Below are positions 54,247-63,551 of a stretch of 64,000 nt of DNA, in pieces. The position numbers and the translations under genes are program-made. Position 1 is the stretch's first letter; every line of letters starts with the position of its first letter. Source of the stretch: Candidatus Spongiisociaceae bacterium (GTDB lineage: Bacteria > Actinomycetota > Acidimicrobiia > Spongiisociales > Spongiisociaceae). Where the stretch lies: the NCBI GenBank assembly GCA_965262915.1, contig OZ253564.1, forward strand, positions 2,336,001 through 2,400,000. Direction: 5' to 3'. The notes beneath the pieces were generated by a model. That model was not told the DNA's origin and searched no databases. It saw only the letters and a program-made list of their open reading frames with translations.

Positions 54247-55422
54247 CTACTCGCCCGCGACCCGGATGCGGGGATCGAGGAACATGTAGAGGATGTCGAC
54301 CACCAGGTGTCCGACCATGGCCATGACCCCGACGAACGAGAACGCCGCTATCGCCAGGTTCAGGTCCTGTTGGACCACCGACGTGAACAACAACTCACCC
54401 ATACCGGGCCAGGAGTACACCGTCTCGGTGATGATCCCTCCGTCGATGACCGTCGCCACCGCGATGACCAGGCTGGTGGTGACTGGCAGCAGGGCGGTGC
54501 GGGCGGCGTGGCGGTCCCGCACTGTCTTCTCCGCCAGGCCCTTGGCCCGGGCTGTCAGGATGAAATCCTCGCGCATGGTCTCCAGCATGGAACTCCGGGT
54601 CAGGAGCATGATGCCGGCGAAGCTGATCAACGTGATGGTGATGACGGGCAGGACCATGTGATGGGCGATGTCCCCGGCATAGAGGCGACGGGCCGATCCG
54701 AAGTCGCTCCAGTACCAGAACCAGAGTATGACCAGCGCCAAGACGGTGTTCCCCCCCCACACGACCCGCTTTCGTAACACCGGGTCCCGGATCCGGCGGG
54801 AGAGGATCCACAGGGCCAGCGTCAGGATCCCGCCGACCAGCATCACTCCGAATATCACCATGAACACATGGTTGGAACTGAACGGGGCGTCCACCCACTC
54901 CTGGGGGTCGAGGAACTTGTTGATCGGCACCACGTCGGCGTAGAAGGCGAAGAACCAGATCAGCATCAGTGCGAACCACGGATAGAAGACCGTGTACAGG
55001 AACACGCCGCCGATCGTTATCGCATGCTCGCCCCGTCGGCCACGGCGCCACGCGATGAACTTGCCCGCCACGAATCCCAGCACGTAGTAGCTCACCACGA
55101 CCGTCAGGAACAGCACCATGGTTCTCGGCAGCCGTTCCAGGATGATGTCCGACACCGGCCTCGGGTACTGGATGAAGGAGAAGCCGAAGTCGCCCCGGAA
55201 GAAGTTCCACATGTAGCTGCTGTACTGCTCCCACAGGGGCTTGTCGAGGCCCAGCCGCTCGATGGCCAGCTGAGCCGCCTCCGGGGGAACGTTGGGGTTG
55301 GTTGCGAAGCGCTGCTTGACCGCATCTCCGGGCAGGGCCGTGAGCAGCAGGAACGTAAGGGTCAGGAAGACGATGAACAGCAGGAACATCTGAGCGGTCC
55401 GCCGCCCTATGTAGCGCATCAT
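54247..55422 (-). CDS. ABC permease (OppB-like)
   Basis: LPGD, GLDKPL..QY, GDFG.S, TARAKGL, ITETVYSWPGMG, LDPRIR. Confidence 0.93.
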   Translation of the reverse strand: MMRYIGRRTAQMFLLFIVFLTLTFLLLTALPGDAVKQRFATNPNVPPEAAQLAIERLGLDKPLWEQYSSYMWNFFRGDFGFSFIQYPRPVSDIILERLPRTMVLFLTVVVSYYVLGFVAGKFIAWRRGRRGEHAITIGGVFLYTVFYPWFALMLIWFFAFYADVVPINKFLDPQEWVDAPFSSNHVFMVIFGVMLVGGILTLALWILSRRIRDPVLRKRVVWGGNTVLALVILWFWYWSDFGSARRLYAGDIAHHMVLPVITITLISFAGIMLLTRSSMLETMREDFILTARAKGLAEKTVRDRHAARTALLPVTTSLVIAVATVIDGGIITETVYSWPGMGELLFTSVVQQDLNLAIAAFSFVGVMAMVGHLVVDILYMFLDPRIRVAGE

Positions 55423-55477
55423 CTCATGGTCACCTCCGCTATGCCGGTCTTACCCGGTCCGGATGTCGTGGCGGAGT

Positions 55478-55516
55478 GGAGGCGGTGGGAGGAAAGGCCC
55501 TCCTCCCACCGCCTCC
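55478..55516 (-). terminator. Perfect 16-bp stem hairpin after oppA (terminator or mRNA stabiliser)
   Basis: GGAGGCGGTGGGAGGA-N7-TCCTCCCACCGCCTCC; no U tract. Confidence 0.7.
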
Positions 55517-55529
55517 GTGCCGCCGATGG

Positions 55530-57746
55530 TTACTGGGCCAGGTTCACCGATCCGGGCAGCGCCAGGAAGTTCTGCAGGCCGTCGAGGGTGACCGTGCTCG
55601 GGAAATCGAGCGTGTTCCGGTAGGTCTCCAGGACCGGCGTGGTGAACAGGACCACGTACGGCACTTCCATGGCGATGATCGCATCCATCTCCCGCACGAT
55701 CGCCGCCGCATTGTTGAGGTCCGTTTCCGCCTTCAGAGAGTCCGCCATCTCGTCGAACGCCGGGTTTGCGTAACCCGGAATGTTGAACCCGCCCGCGGTG
55801 GCGGAGTCGGCCCGTGAGTCGAAGAAGTCCGCCACATGGTCCGGGAAGATGGTGAGTCCCCATCCGAGGATGTACATGTCCCAGTCGACCGGCCCGAACA
55901 CCTTGTCGACGATCACCGAGAACCCGGTCGGCTCCGCCCGCAGCGGGACTCCGAGGTCGTTGGCCCAGTCGGCGATGAACAGGCTGTAGGTGGCCCGGAG
56001 CGGGTCGTAGCCGGGCCCGGGCGCCAGCAACTCGAGCTCTCCGACCGGGGTGCCGTCCGGACCCGCCAAGCCCTCGCCCTTGGGAATCACGTCCCGGTTG
56101 TCGGCGTTCCACTGGGGCTCGACGGTCCAGGTCCATCCGGCGTCCTTGAGGATGCCGACGGCCGAGTTGACCCGCTCCTCCTGGCTCTGGCCGGCGCACC
56201 AGGCGTCCAGGTCCGGGTTGGCCCAGAAGGCGTTACCGGGAGGCACCAATGAGTTCAGGGGGATGGCCACGCCCTGGAGGACGTTGGTGGCCATGAACTC
56301 CTTGTCGATCATGCATGCCATGGCCTGGCGGAAGGCCACATCCGAACCGGGGAACCGCCGCGTGTTGAACGCGAGATAGCGGAAGCCGTTCGACGAGTTG
56401 GCGATCACATCGAGGTCGCCCGCTTCCAGCACCGTGGACTGGAGACCGCGCTGGAGACCCAGCGGGTTGAGCAGGAAGTCCACCTCCCCGTCGGCCAGGG
56501 CCAGTACCGCCGCGTCCTGGGTGTCGTAGACCGAGTAGATGGCGTCGCCCGCATAGGGCCCGTCGGTCCATTCGGCGATCACATCGCCGGAGGTGTTGCC
56601 CACCTCCCAACTCACGTCTCCCGAAAACGTCACACCGCCGGTCGAATAGCTGGCGTTGCGAGCACCCTGGTCGTTGGCGTTGGGGTTCGCCAAGTTGCGG
56701 GCGAAGGCGCCGGGCTCACGCTGGTCGAACACCATGCTGCCGCCCGAGGGCGCCCCCTCCCCGGACACGGCGTACAGTTCGCCGGCGTCGCCCGCCGCGG
56801 CCACGTGCGGTCCCCAGAAGGCTTCCGAGAAGACCGCCGCCTGGGCGGCCCCGAATTGCCATTGGGCAAGGCCGGGCTGCGAACTCCAGGTATACCGGAC
56901 CGTAGAGTCGTCGATCGCCTCGACTGAGATCAGTCCTTCGGCGCTCTCGTCCTCCTCGGTGGCCGGGTCGTCCGCTTTGGCCAGCGGAAGGGCGGAGAAC
57001 CAGTTCCCGCCCATCCCCAGGTCCTTGACCGCGTTGAAGGTGAAGGCCACGTCGTTGGCGGTGATCGGCGAGCCGTCACTCCACACCAGCCCCTGCCTCA
57101 GGTTCACTTCGATGACCCAGTTGTCGCCCGACGCGGCGCCCAGCGGGGGCTCTACGTCCGCTGCCAGGCCCGGAACCACCGTGTAGCTCGGGAACGCCGA
57201 CCCGTACAGGCTTGGTATGGCCGGCGACAGCAAATACTGGTTCCACACGTCCGCCTCGGTGTCGAGGTACGCCCAAGGATTGTCGGTGGTCGGATCGCTG
57301 AAGATGGCCAGCTTGTAGGTGAAACTCGGAGCGGCTTCCGGCATCGCCTCTACTGCCGTCGTGCTGGTCGCCGCGGCTTCCTCCGCCTCGGCTGCCTTCA
57401 TGGCGTCCGCGGCAGCTTTCTCGGCATCCTCTAGAGCTGCCTCGGCTGCGGCGAGCGCTGCGGCGAGCTCGGCCTGGGCGGCCTCGTCGCCCTCCATGGC
57501 CTCGGCCGCAGCCGCCTTGGCGGCTTCCAAATCGGCTTGCGCCTGGGTCAGCGCGGCCTCGGCTGCGTCTGCCTCCGCCTGCGCCGCGTCTGCCTGAGCC
57601 TGTGCTGCGGTGGCTGCTTCCGCCTGGGCCTGCGCGGCCGCTGGTTCATCCGGTTCTTCCTCTGCCCCGCAGGCGGCGGTAAGCATGGCCAAAACGGTCA
57701 AAGCCGCGAGCCACCGCAGCGGCCTATGTTTCGATGACACCTTCAT
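55530..57746 (-). CDS. ABC substrate-binding lipoprotein (family 5, OppA-like) with Ala/Glu-rich N-terminal stalk
   Basis: Lipobox TAAC; LR..L.WSDG.PITA.DV.FT; FN..R.P..D..FRQA...IDK; Y.NP.FD. Confidence 0.92.
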   Translation of the reverse strand: MKVSSKHRPLRWLAALTVLAMLTAACGAEEEPDEPAAAQAQAEAATAAQAQADAAQAEADAAEAALTQAQADLEAAKAAAAEAMEGDEAAQAELAAALAAAEAALEDAEKAAADAMKAAEAEEAAATSTTAVEAMPEAAPSFTYKLAIFSDPTTDNPWAYLDTEADVWNQYLLSPAIPSLYGSAFPSYTVVPGLAADVEPPLGAASGDNWVIEVNLRQGLVWSDGSPITANDVAFTFNAVKDLGMGGNWFSALPLAKADDPATEEDESAEGLISVEAIDDSTVRYTWSSQPGLAQWQFGAAQAAVFSEAFWGPHVAAAGDAGELYAVSGEGAPSGGSMVFDQREPGAFARNLANPNANDQGARNASYSTGGVTFSGDVSWEVGNTSGDVIAEWTDGPYAGDAIYSVYDTQDAAVLALADGEVDFLLNPLGLQRGLQSTVLEAGDLDVIANSSNGFRYLAFNTRRFPGSDVAFRQAMACMIDKEFMATNVLQGVAIPLNSLVPPGNAFWANPDLDAWCAGQSQEERVNSAVGILKDAGWTWTVEPQWNADNRDVIPKGEGLAGPDGTPVGELELLAPGPGYDPLRATYSLFIADWANDLGVPLRAEPTGFSVIVDKVFGPVDWDMYILGWGLTIFPDHVADFFDSRADSATAGGFNIPGYANPAFDEMADSLKAETDLNNAAAIVREMDAIIAMEVPYVVLFTTPVLETYRNTLDFPSTVTLDGLQNFLALPGSVNLAQ

Positions 57747-58465
57747 GGGATTTCCTCCGTAATAGGTTCGATCACGCTTAGTCCGCGATCCCTTGAGTCT
57801 ATTGGTTCGCCGTATTGTTAGTAACGACGTATCAGGGAAAATTTGGTCCGCACAAACAAGAGGAATAACAAGAGATGGCAGTCGCAGTTAGACGCAACTG
57901 CTGCCCGGTCGACACGCGGCGTATAGTCGCGGCTCGATTTCCCGGAGTGATTCTCCGATTGGTAGTGTTTGGAAGGCGCTAGTAACTTGACGGCCGGTTG
58001 TCTTATGAACCGGATGAACTGGTTAGGTGCCGGCTGTCGGCACCGCCGGTCGTCGCTAGTATCGGGGTCTGGCCTGCACGGTTTAGGAACGGATCGACAG
58101 CGGTTTCGATGCGTCGGTAACAGGCACGCCAACAAGCGTGGGTTATCACGAAATAGCAAGGGCAAGCGAGGAAGGTTGTCGACAGTGTTCGGCCGGTCCG
58201 GTCGTATCGCCGGCCGTCCGGATCGCGATGGCTGCGAGCCACCGTTGCAACCGTGGAAGGGCGGCATCGCCTCCCTTCGAGCCGAGCCGGTTCATCCGGT
58301 CCTCCATTCGGTCGGTTCCGGTCCTCTCGAGCAGCGACCGGCATCTGCGCGACCACGGCTGCGGCCGGCAACCAGCACCTCCATGAGGCCGGTTGCAGGA
58401 CGCCATTACGATGGCGGCGCCACGCCGATGCATCTGTCATCCGGTATCCTTCCGGAACCGGCTGG

Positions 58466-58474
58466 TGATAGACT
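58466..58474 (+). promoter_or_regulatory. Extended -10 element of tRNA-Pro
   Basis: TGaTAGACT ending 9 nt before the tRNA 5' end. Confidence 0.5.
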
Positions 58475-58483
58475 GCTGATCCG

Positions 58484-58557
58484 CGGGCTGTGGCGCAGTT
58501 TGGTAGCGCGCTTGACTGGGGGTCAAGAGGTCGTGGGTTCAAATCCCGCCAGCCCGA
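58484..58557 (+). tRNA. tRNA-Pro(GGG)
   Basis: Acceptor CGGGCTG/CAGCCCG, D-arm GCGC..TTTGGTA..GCGC, anticodon arm CTTGA-CTGGGGG-TCAAG, T-loop GGTTCAAATC; CCA not fully encoded. Confidence 0.96.
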
Positions 58558-58614
58558 CCGCAGCCGGCAGCTCGACGCACGGTCGTCTCCCTCGACTCCT
58601 CATGGGGGACGCCG

Positions 58615-58758
58615 TCAGGTGATCCACCGAATGAAGGCGGCGATGCCCTGGACGAGGCGCCATCCGAGGTACAGGACCGCCAGCCCGACCATCAACTTGA
58701 AGCTGAAGGGAGTCTTCGGGGGTGGTTCCCGGTCCCCTTGCGAGACCGGGTCGCTCAT
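58615..58758 (-). CDS. 47-aa single-TM small protein coupled to der
   Basis: ATGA overlap with the der stop; MSDPVSQGDREPPPKTPFSFKLMVGLAVLYLGWRLVQGIAAFIRWIT*. Confidence 0.7.
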   Translation of the reverse strand: MSDPVSQGDREPPPKTPFSFKLMVGLAVLYLGWRLVQGIAAFIRWIT

Positions 58759-60083
58759 CGAGGGCGCGACCGTCCGGACCCCCGGCGCACCACCACGTGG
58801 ATGGGGGTACCGGTGAAGTCATATGCCTCGCGGGCCCTTCGTTCCAGGTAGCGGAGGTAGGTGTCGTCCAGCTTCCCGCCCTTCACGAACAAGGCCAGGG
58901 TGGGAGGGGTGGTCCTGGCCTGGGCCGTGTACAGGATCCTCGGCCGGCGCCCCTTGCGCGTCGGGGGCGGGTGCTCGGCTGTCCACTCCGTCACCAGGCG
59001 GTTCAGCGTTCCCGTGGGAATCCGCCTGGACCGGTTGGCCAACACCAGTTCCAGCGCCGGACCGAGCCGGTGCATGCGAGCCCCGGTCAGGGCGGAGATG
59101 CGCAGGACCGGTGCCCAGCCGGCGAAATGCAGCTTGGTGCCCACTTCCCAGGTGGTCTGTTCCCGGCGTTCCCGGTCGGCTGCATCCCACTTGTTCAGCA
59201 GGAAGATCAGCGAGGTGCCCGAGCGGACCGCTTCTTGGGCGATCCGCTGATCCTGGTGGGTCACCCCGTCCACAGCATCCACCAGTAGCAGGGCCGCGTC
59301 GGCTCGTTTCAGCACCTCGCGGGCCCGGACCACCGCGAAGAACTCCACATCTTCGGAGATCTTGGGCCTCCGTCGGATCCCAGCCGTGTCGATCAGCCGG
59401 TAGGCCGCTCCGTCGAGTTCGACGGTGACATCGATGGGGTCGCGGGTGGTTCCGGGGACCGGAGACACCACGACCCTCTCCTCCCCCACCAGACGGTTGA
59501 GCAAGGTGGACTTCCCGACGTTGGGACGTCCGATTATGGCCACGTCGGCGAAAGATTCCCGGTCGGGCTCCTCGATCGTGACCGGGAGCCGTCCGATGGC
59601 GATGTCCAGCAGGTCCGCCACACCCTGACCATGGATGGCCGATATCGGGATGGGGTCGCCGAGGCCCAACCGACCGAAAGCCGCCGCTTCCCTGGCGATC
59701 GTCTCGTTGTCGGCCTTGTTGGCGGCCACCACCACCTGATCCCCCACCGGGCGGAGCAACTCGGCGACCGCCGCGTCGTCGGTGGAGATGGTTCCTTGGG
59801 CGTCGACCACGAACACGATCAGGTCCGCCGCGGCCATGGCCAGCTCCGCTTGGGCACGGATGTCCTCCACCAACTCGGCGTCCTCGCTCCGCTGCCACCC
59901 TCCGGTATCGATCACGCAGAATGCCCGGCCCGCCCACTCCGCCTCGAACTCGCGGCGGTCTCGGGTCACGCCCGGCTTCTCCTGGACGACTGCCGCCCTC
60001 CAACCGACGATCCGGTTGACCAAGGTCGACTTGCCCACGTTGGGCCGACCTACGACGGCGATGAGGGGTTTGGAAATAAGCAC
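58755..60083 (-). CDS. der: Ribosome biogenesis GTPase Der
   Basis: Two GRPNVGKS G-domains, PGVTRD/PGTTRD, DTGG/DTAG, NKAD/NKWD. Confidence 0.97.
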   Translation of the reverse strand: MLISKPLIAVVGRPNVGKSTLVNRIVGWRAAVVQEKPGVTRDRREFEAEWAGRAFCVIDTGGWQRSEDAELVEDIRAQAELAMAAADLIVFVVDAQGTISTDDAAVAELLRPVGDQVVVAANKADNETIAREAAAFGRLGLGDPIPISAIHGQGVADLLDIAIGRLPVTIEEPDRESFADVAIIGRPNVGKSTLLNRLVGEERVVVSPVPGTTRDPIDVTVELDGAAYRLIDTAGIRRRPKISEDVEFFAVVRAREVLKRADAALLLVDAVDGVTHQDQRIAQEAVRSGTSLIFLLNKWDAADRERREQTTWEVGTKLHFAGWAPVLRISALTGARMHRLGPALELVLANRSRRIPTGTLNRLVTEWTAEHPPPTRKGRRPRILYTAQARTTPPTLALFVKGGKLDDTYLRYLERRAREAYDFTGTPIHVVVRRGSGRSRPR

Positions 60084-60357
60084 AACAGATGGCCACCCGC
60101 TACGAATCGAGGGCTCCCGCCGACCAGTCTACGAGAGTTGTCACGTCGTGTTGCCGGGGGCTTGCTGTTCTGGTCGAGGATTGAGGTCTCCTACCGCGAG
60201 AGCCACCCGGCCATCCGTTCGGGAGGATCGCTCGAACGGCCGGCCCTCTCGGCCCCTCCCCCCACCGCCACCAATTCCTGGACCGGATCGCGGACGGGCG
60301 CGTCCGGGGGGCGGCGACAGGGGGAACGGGGGCGTATGTTCTGGTGGTGGCTGTCAG

Positions 60358-60500
60358 AGGGTGCGCGGATCGGCGGACGCGACTGCTCCTATCCGTAGAC
60401 CCAACCCGGTTTCCCCGCCGGAGAACCCCTGGTCAGGGCCGTGGACTCGTCAACTGTCGCGGTCACTGTTTCCCCAGGTGAGCACCTATCCGCGCACCCT
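60358..60500. mobile_element. Putative MITE or IS scar
   Basis: Perfect 13-bp IRs AGGGTGCGCGGAT / ATCCGCGCACCCT bound 143 bp; no TSD seen. Confidence 0.4.
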
Positions 60501-60524
60501 GTTGGGCCGGGTATGATAATTCTG

Positions 60525-61592
60525 ATGTCTCTGCGCGGCTCCCGCCGTCCCACCAAGGTCCTGCTGGCCGAACCCAGTGGTTTCTGCGCCGGAGTGGAGA
60601 TGGCTATCAAGGCGCTCGTATGGATGACCCGGATCTTCGATCCTCCGGTGTACTGCTACCACGAGATAGTCCACAACCGCTTCGTGGTGGAGGTCTTCGA
60701 ACGGGCCGGCGTAGTCTTCGTCGATTCGATAGAGCAGGTGCCCGAGGGCGTCCCCGTGATGCTCTCGGCCCACGGTTCGGCCCCCGAAGTGGTGAACGGA
60801 GCCCACGAGCGGTCCGGGGTGGTCATCGATGCGGTATGTCCGCTCGTGACCAAGATCCATCATGAGGTCAAGAGAGCCGCGGCGAAGGACTTCGACATCG
60901 TCTTCGTAGGGCACGAGGGCCACGACGAGGCGATGGGAACGATGGCGAGGGCGCCCGGGGCCATAACGCTGGTCGAACCGGAGACAGGACTCGCCGCATT
61001 CGAGCCTCGGAATCCCGGACGGGTGGCCCTGTTCGCCCAGACCACGCTCGGTGTCCACGAGTGGGAGGCGGTGCGGCTGGAAGCCGTCGAGCGCTACCCC
61101 GACCTGGTGACGGCCCGCAAGAGCGACCTCTGCTACGCGACCACCAACCGCCAGCAGGCGGTGCGGGAGATGGCCAACGACTGCGACCTGATACTGGTGG
61201 TGGGATCCGACAACTCGTCCAACACCAAGGCCCTGGTCCGAACAGCCAGGGTGCTGGGCACGCCCGCCTACCGGGTCGACTCCGCGGAGGCCATCCGCCG
61301 CGAATGGTTCGACGATGCGGACATGGTGGGGGTGACGGCCGGAGCCTCGGCGCCCGACCACCTCGTCAAAGCAGTGCTGGAGTGGCTGGATCCGGTCGAA
61401 GGCTGGGACCTGTTCCGGGTGATCGAAGAAGATGAGTACTTCCCGCTCCCGAGGGGTCTCAGATCCTTCCTGACCGCCCTCGGATCTGCCCTGAAGCTCG
61501 GGTTCACCGCTCGCAGGAACGGTCTGGTACGGCAGGATCACGACCGTGAGATCACCGCTGCCGACACCCTGGCCGCTCTGCAGGTGTCCTGA
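60525..61592 (+). CDS. ispH: HMBPP reductase
   Basis: GFCAGV, EIVHN, SAHG, DAVCPLVTKIH, QTT, CYATTNRQ, NSSN, GVTAGASAP; TATGAT 7 nt before ATG 60525. Confidence 0.96.
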   Translation: MSLRGSRRPTKVLLAEPSGFCAGVEMAIKALVWMTRIFDPPVYCYHEIVHNRFVVEVFERAGVVFVDSIEQVPEGVPVMLSAHGSAPEVVNGAHERSGVVIDAVCPLVTKIHHEVKRAAAKDFDIVFVGHEGHDEAMGTMARAPGAITLVEPETGLAAFEPRNPGRVALFAQTTLGVHEWEAVRLEAVERYPDLVTARKSDLCYATTNRQQAVREMANDCDLILVVGSDNSSNTKALVRTARVLGTPAYRVDSAEAIRREWFDDADMVGVTAGASAPDHLVKAVLEWLDPVEGWDLFRVIEEDEYFPLPRGLRSFLTALGSALKLGFTARRNGLVRQDHDREITAADTLAALQVS

Positions 61593-61611
61593 CCCGACCC
61601 ACCGACGTTCA

Positions 61612-62301
61612 TCATTCCGAGACGGGGGGCCGACCGATACCCCGCTCCGTACAGAGCTGCAGCACCTGGTCGACCACCGAGGTCGCCCCGATGTCGGAAG
61701 TGTCGATCACCACGGCATCCTCCGCCAAGGCGAGCGGCGAGGCCCGCCGGGTCGAGTCGATGCGGTCCCGCCGGGCCAGTTCCTCGCGGACCTCCTCGAC
61801 CGTGGCATCCGATTGGCCGGCCCGGCGGGCCGCCCGCACCTCGGGGCGGGCGGTCAGGAACACCTTGAGCGATGCGGCGGGGAACACCACCGTTCCGATG
61901 TCCCGGCCCTCCACCACCGCCCGGCCCCCGCGCGAAGCCAGCCACTCGCGCTGGCGACGGGCCAGGAGCAGCCGCAGGCCCGCGAGTGTCGAGACCCCGC
62001 TCACCTCCGCGGTGACGGCTTCCGTGCGGATCGCCCGGCTCACGTCTACGCCCTCGACCAGCATCGCGCCGCCCTCGTAGTCCAGATCCGCCCCTGCCAT
62101 GACGGCCATCACATCCGCATCGTTGGACAGATCCAGCCGGTGCAGCATCGCGACCAGGGTGGCAGCCCGGTAGAAGGCGCCCGTGTCCAGATGGGGACAC
62201 CCCAGCGCGGCGGCCACCCGCCGGGACACGGTGGTCTTGCCGACCCCGGCGGGTCCGTCCACCGCCACCACGTGTACCTGTTCGGACAGGTCCGATCTCA
62301 C
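61612..62301 (-). CDS. cmk: Cytidylate kinase
   Basis: DGPAGVGKTT, LDTGAFYR, EGRDIGTVVFP, RD..DS.R; GTGA overlap with aroA. Confidence 0.95.
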   Translation of the reverse strand: MRSDLSEQVHVVAVDGPAGVGKTTVSRRVAAALGCPHLDTGAFYRAATLVAMLHRLDLSNDADVMAVMAGADLDYEGGAMLVEGVDVSRAIRTEAVTAEVSGVSTLAGLRLLLARRQREWLASRGGRAVVEGRDIGTVVFPAASLKVFLTARPEVRAARRAGQSDATVEEVREELARRDRIDSTRRASPLALAEDAVVIDTSDIGATSVVDQVLQLCTERGIGRPPVSE

Positions 62302-63551
62302 AGCTTCTCCAGCATTTCGAAGAACCCCGGCCAGGTCTTCGCCACGCAGCCCGGGTCCTCTATCACGATTCCCGGCTGCACCAGGCCCGCCACGGCGAAG
62401 GCCATGGCGATGCGGTGATCGTCGTAGGTGCGGATGCGGGCCGGCCGGAGCGGACCGGGGATGATGGAGATCCAGTCGGGGCCGGCGGTCACTCCGGTAC
62501 CGAGCCGGGCGAGTTCGGTCTCCAGCGCCGCCAGGCGGTCCGTCTCCTTGATACGCAGGTTGGCGATGTTGGTGAAGCGGGTCGGGGTCCCGGCGAAGGC
62601 GGCCACCACTGCCAATCCCAGGGAGGCGTCCGGGCAGTCGTTCAGGTCGGCGTCCACCCCCGAGAGTATCGGAGGGCCGGTTACCGCGATGCCGGCCCTG
62701 CCCGACCGTACCTGGCAACCCATCCGCTCGAGCACACCGAGGGCGGCCATGTCGGCCTGGGTGCTGGCCGCGTCGAGCCCGGTCACGGTGATCGTGGCGC
62801 CGGTGACAGCGGCGGCGGCCCACGGGTATACGGCGGCCGAGGCGTCGGCCTCCACCGTGAACGAGGTAGCCAGGTACCCGCTCGGCGCCACGGTGATCGA
62901 ACCCTCGTCCAGCCAGCCGGCCTCGGCCCCGAACGAGGCCATCACCTCGAGCGTGGTGTCCAGGTAGGGCCGCGATACCGCCCCCCGGCCGAACTCGAGC
63001 GTGACCCGCTGTTCGGCTCGCGGAGCGCTCAGCAGGACGGCCGAGATGAACTGGCTCGACTGGGAGCCGTCGAGCGTGATCCGGCCGCCCGCCATCCCGC
63101 CGCCCGCCACCCGCACCGGTGGGTATTCCCCGCAGCGCTCCGCCTCCACCCCGGCGCCGAGGGCGCGCAGGGCGGTCACCAGCGGACCGATCGGACGCTC
63201 GCGCATCCGGGCGGTGCCGTCGACCAGGCTCGGGCCATCCGCCAGGGTGGCGGCGGCGGTCATGAAACGGGCCGTGGTTCCCGAGGCACGCACATCGAGT
63301 CGGCTTCCCCCCCGGAGGCGGCCCTCCGAACGGATCTCGAAGGCTTGGTCGGTCACCTTCACCCCGACACCCATCCGGAGGAGGCATCCCACCATGGCGT
63401 CGGTGTCCTCGCTGCGGAGCGGGGCGGCGATCCGCGAGCTGCCCGGGGCCAGGGCAGCCGTCACGAGGGCCCGGTTGGTGATGCTCTTCGAACCCGGCGG
63501 GCGCACCGTGCTGTCGCCTATCGGCTTGGGCCTCACCTCGTAGATGGTCAC
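62298..63551 (-). CDS. aroA: EPSP synthase
   Basis: PGSKSITNRAL, SGTTARF, RPI..L, SSQFIS, LRIKETDR, DDHRIAM, KTWP.F. Confidence 0.96.
   Translation of the reverse strand: MTIYEVRPKPIGDSTVRPPGSKSITNRALVTAALAPGSSRIAAPLRSEDTDAMVGCLLRMGVGVKVTDQAFEIRSEGRLRGGSRLDVRASGTTARFMTAAATLADGPSLVDGTARMRERPIGPLVTALRALGAGVEAERCGEYPPVRVAGGGMAGGRITLDGSQSSQFISAVLLSAPRAEQRVTLEFGRGAVSRPYLDTTLEVMASFGAEAGWLDEGSITVAPSGYLATSFTVEADASAAVYPWAAAAVTGATITVTGLDAASTQADMAALGVLERMGCQVRSGRAGIAVTGPPILSGVDADLNDCPDASLGLAVVAAFAGTPTRFTNIANLRIKETDRLAALETELARLGTGVTAGPDWISIIPGPLRPARIRTYDDHRIAMAFAVAGLVQPGIVIEDPGCVAKTWPGFFEMLEKL

Noticed and set aside
57780-58460. Riboswitch or small genes upstream of oppA
   Set aside because: One imperfect hairpin near 57877-57905, but no known riboswitch consensus, and the ORFs are not protein-like.
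58484-58557. tRNA-Pro as an island attachment site
   Set aside because: No integrase and no duplicated tRNA 3' end were seen; the flanks are core genes.
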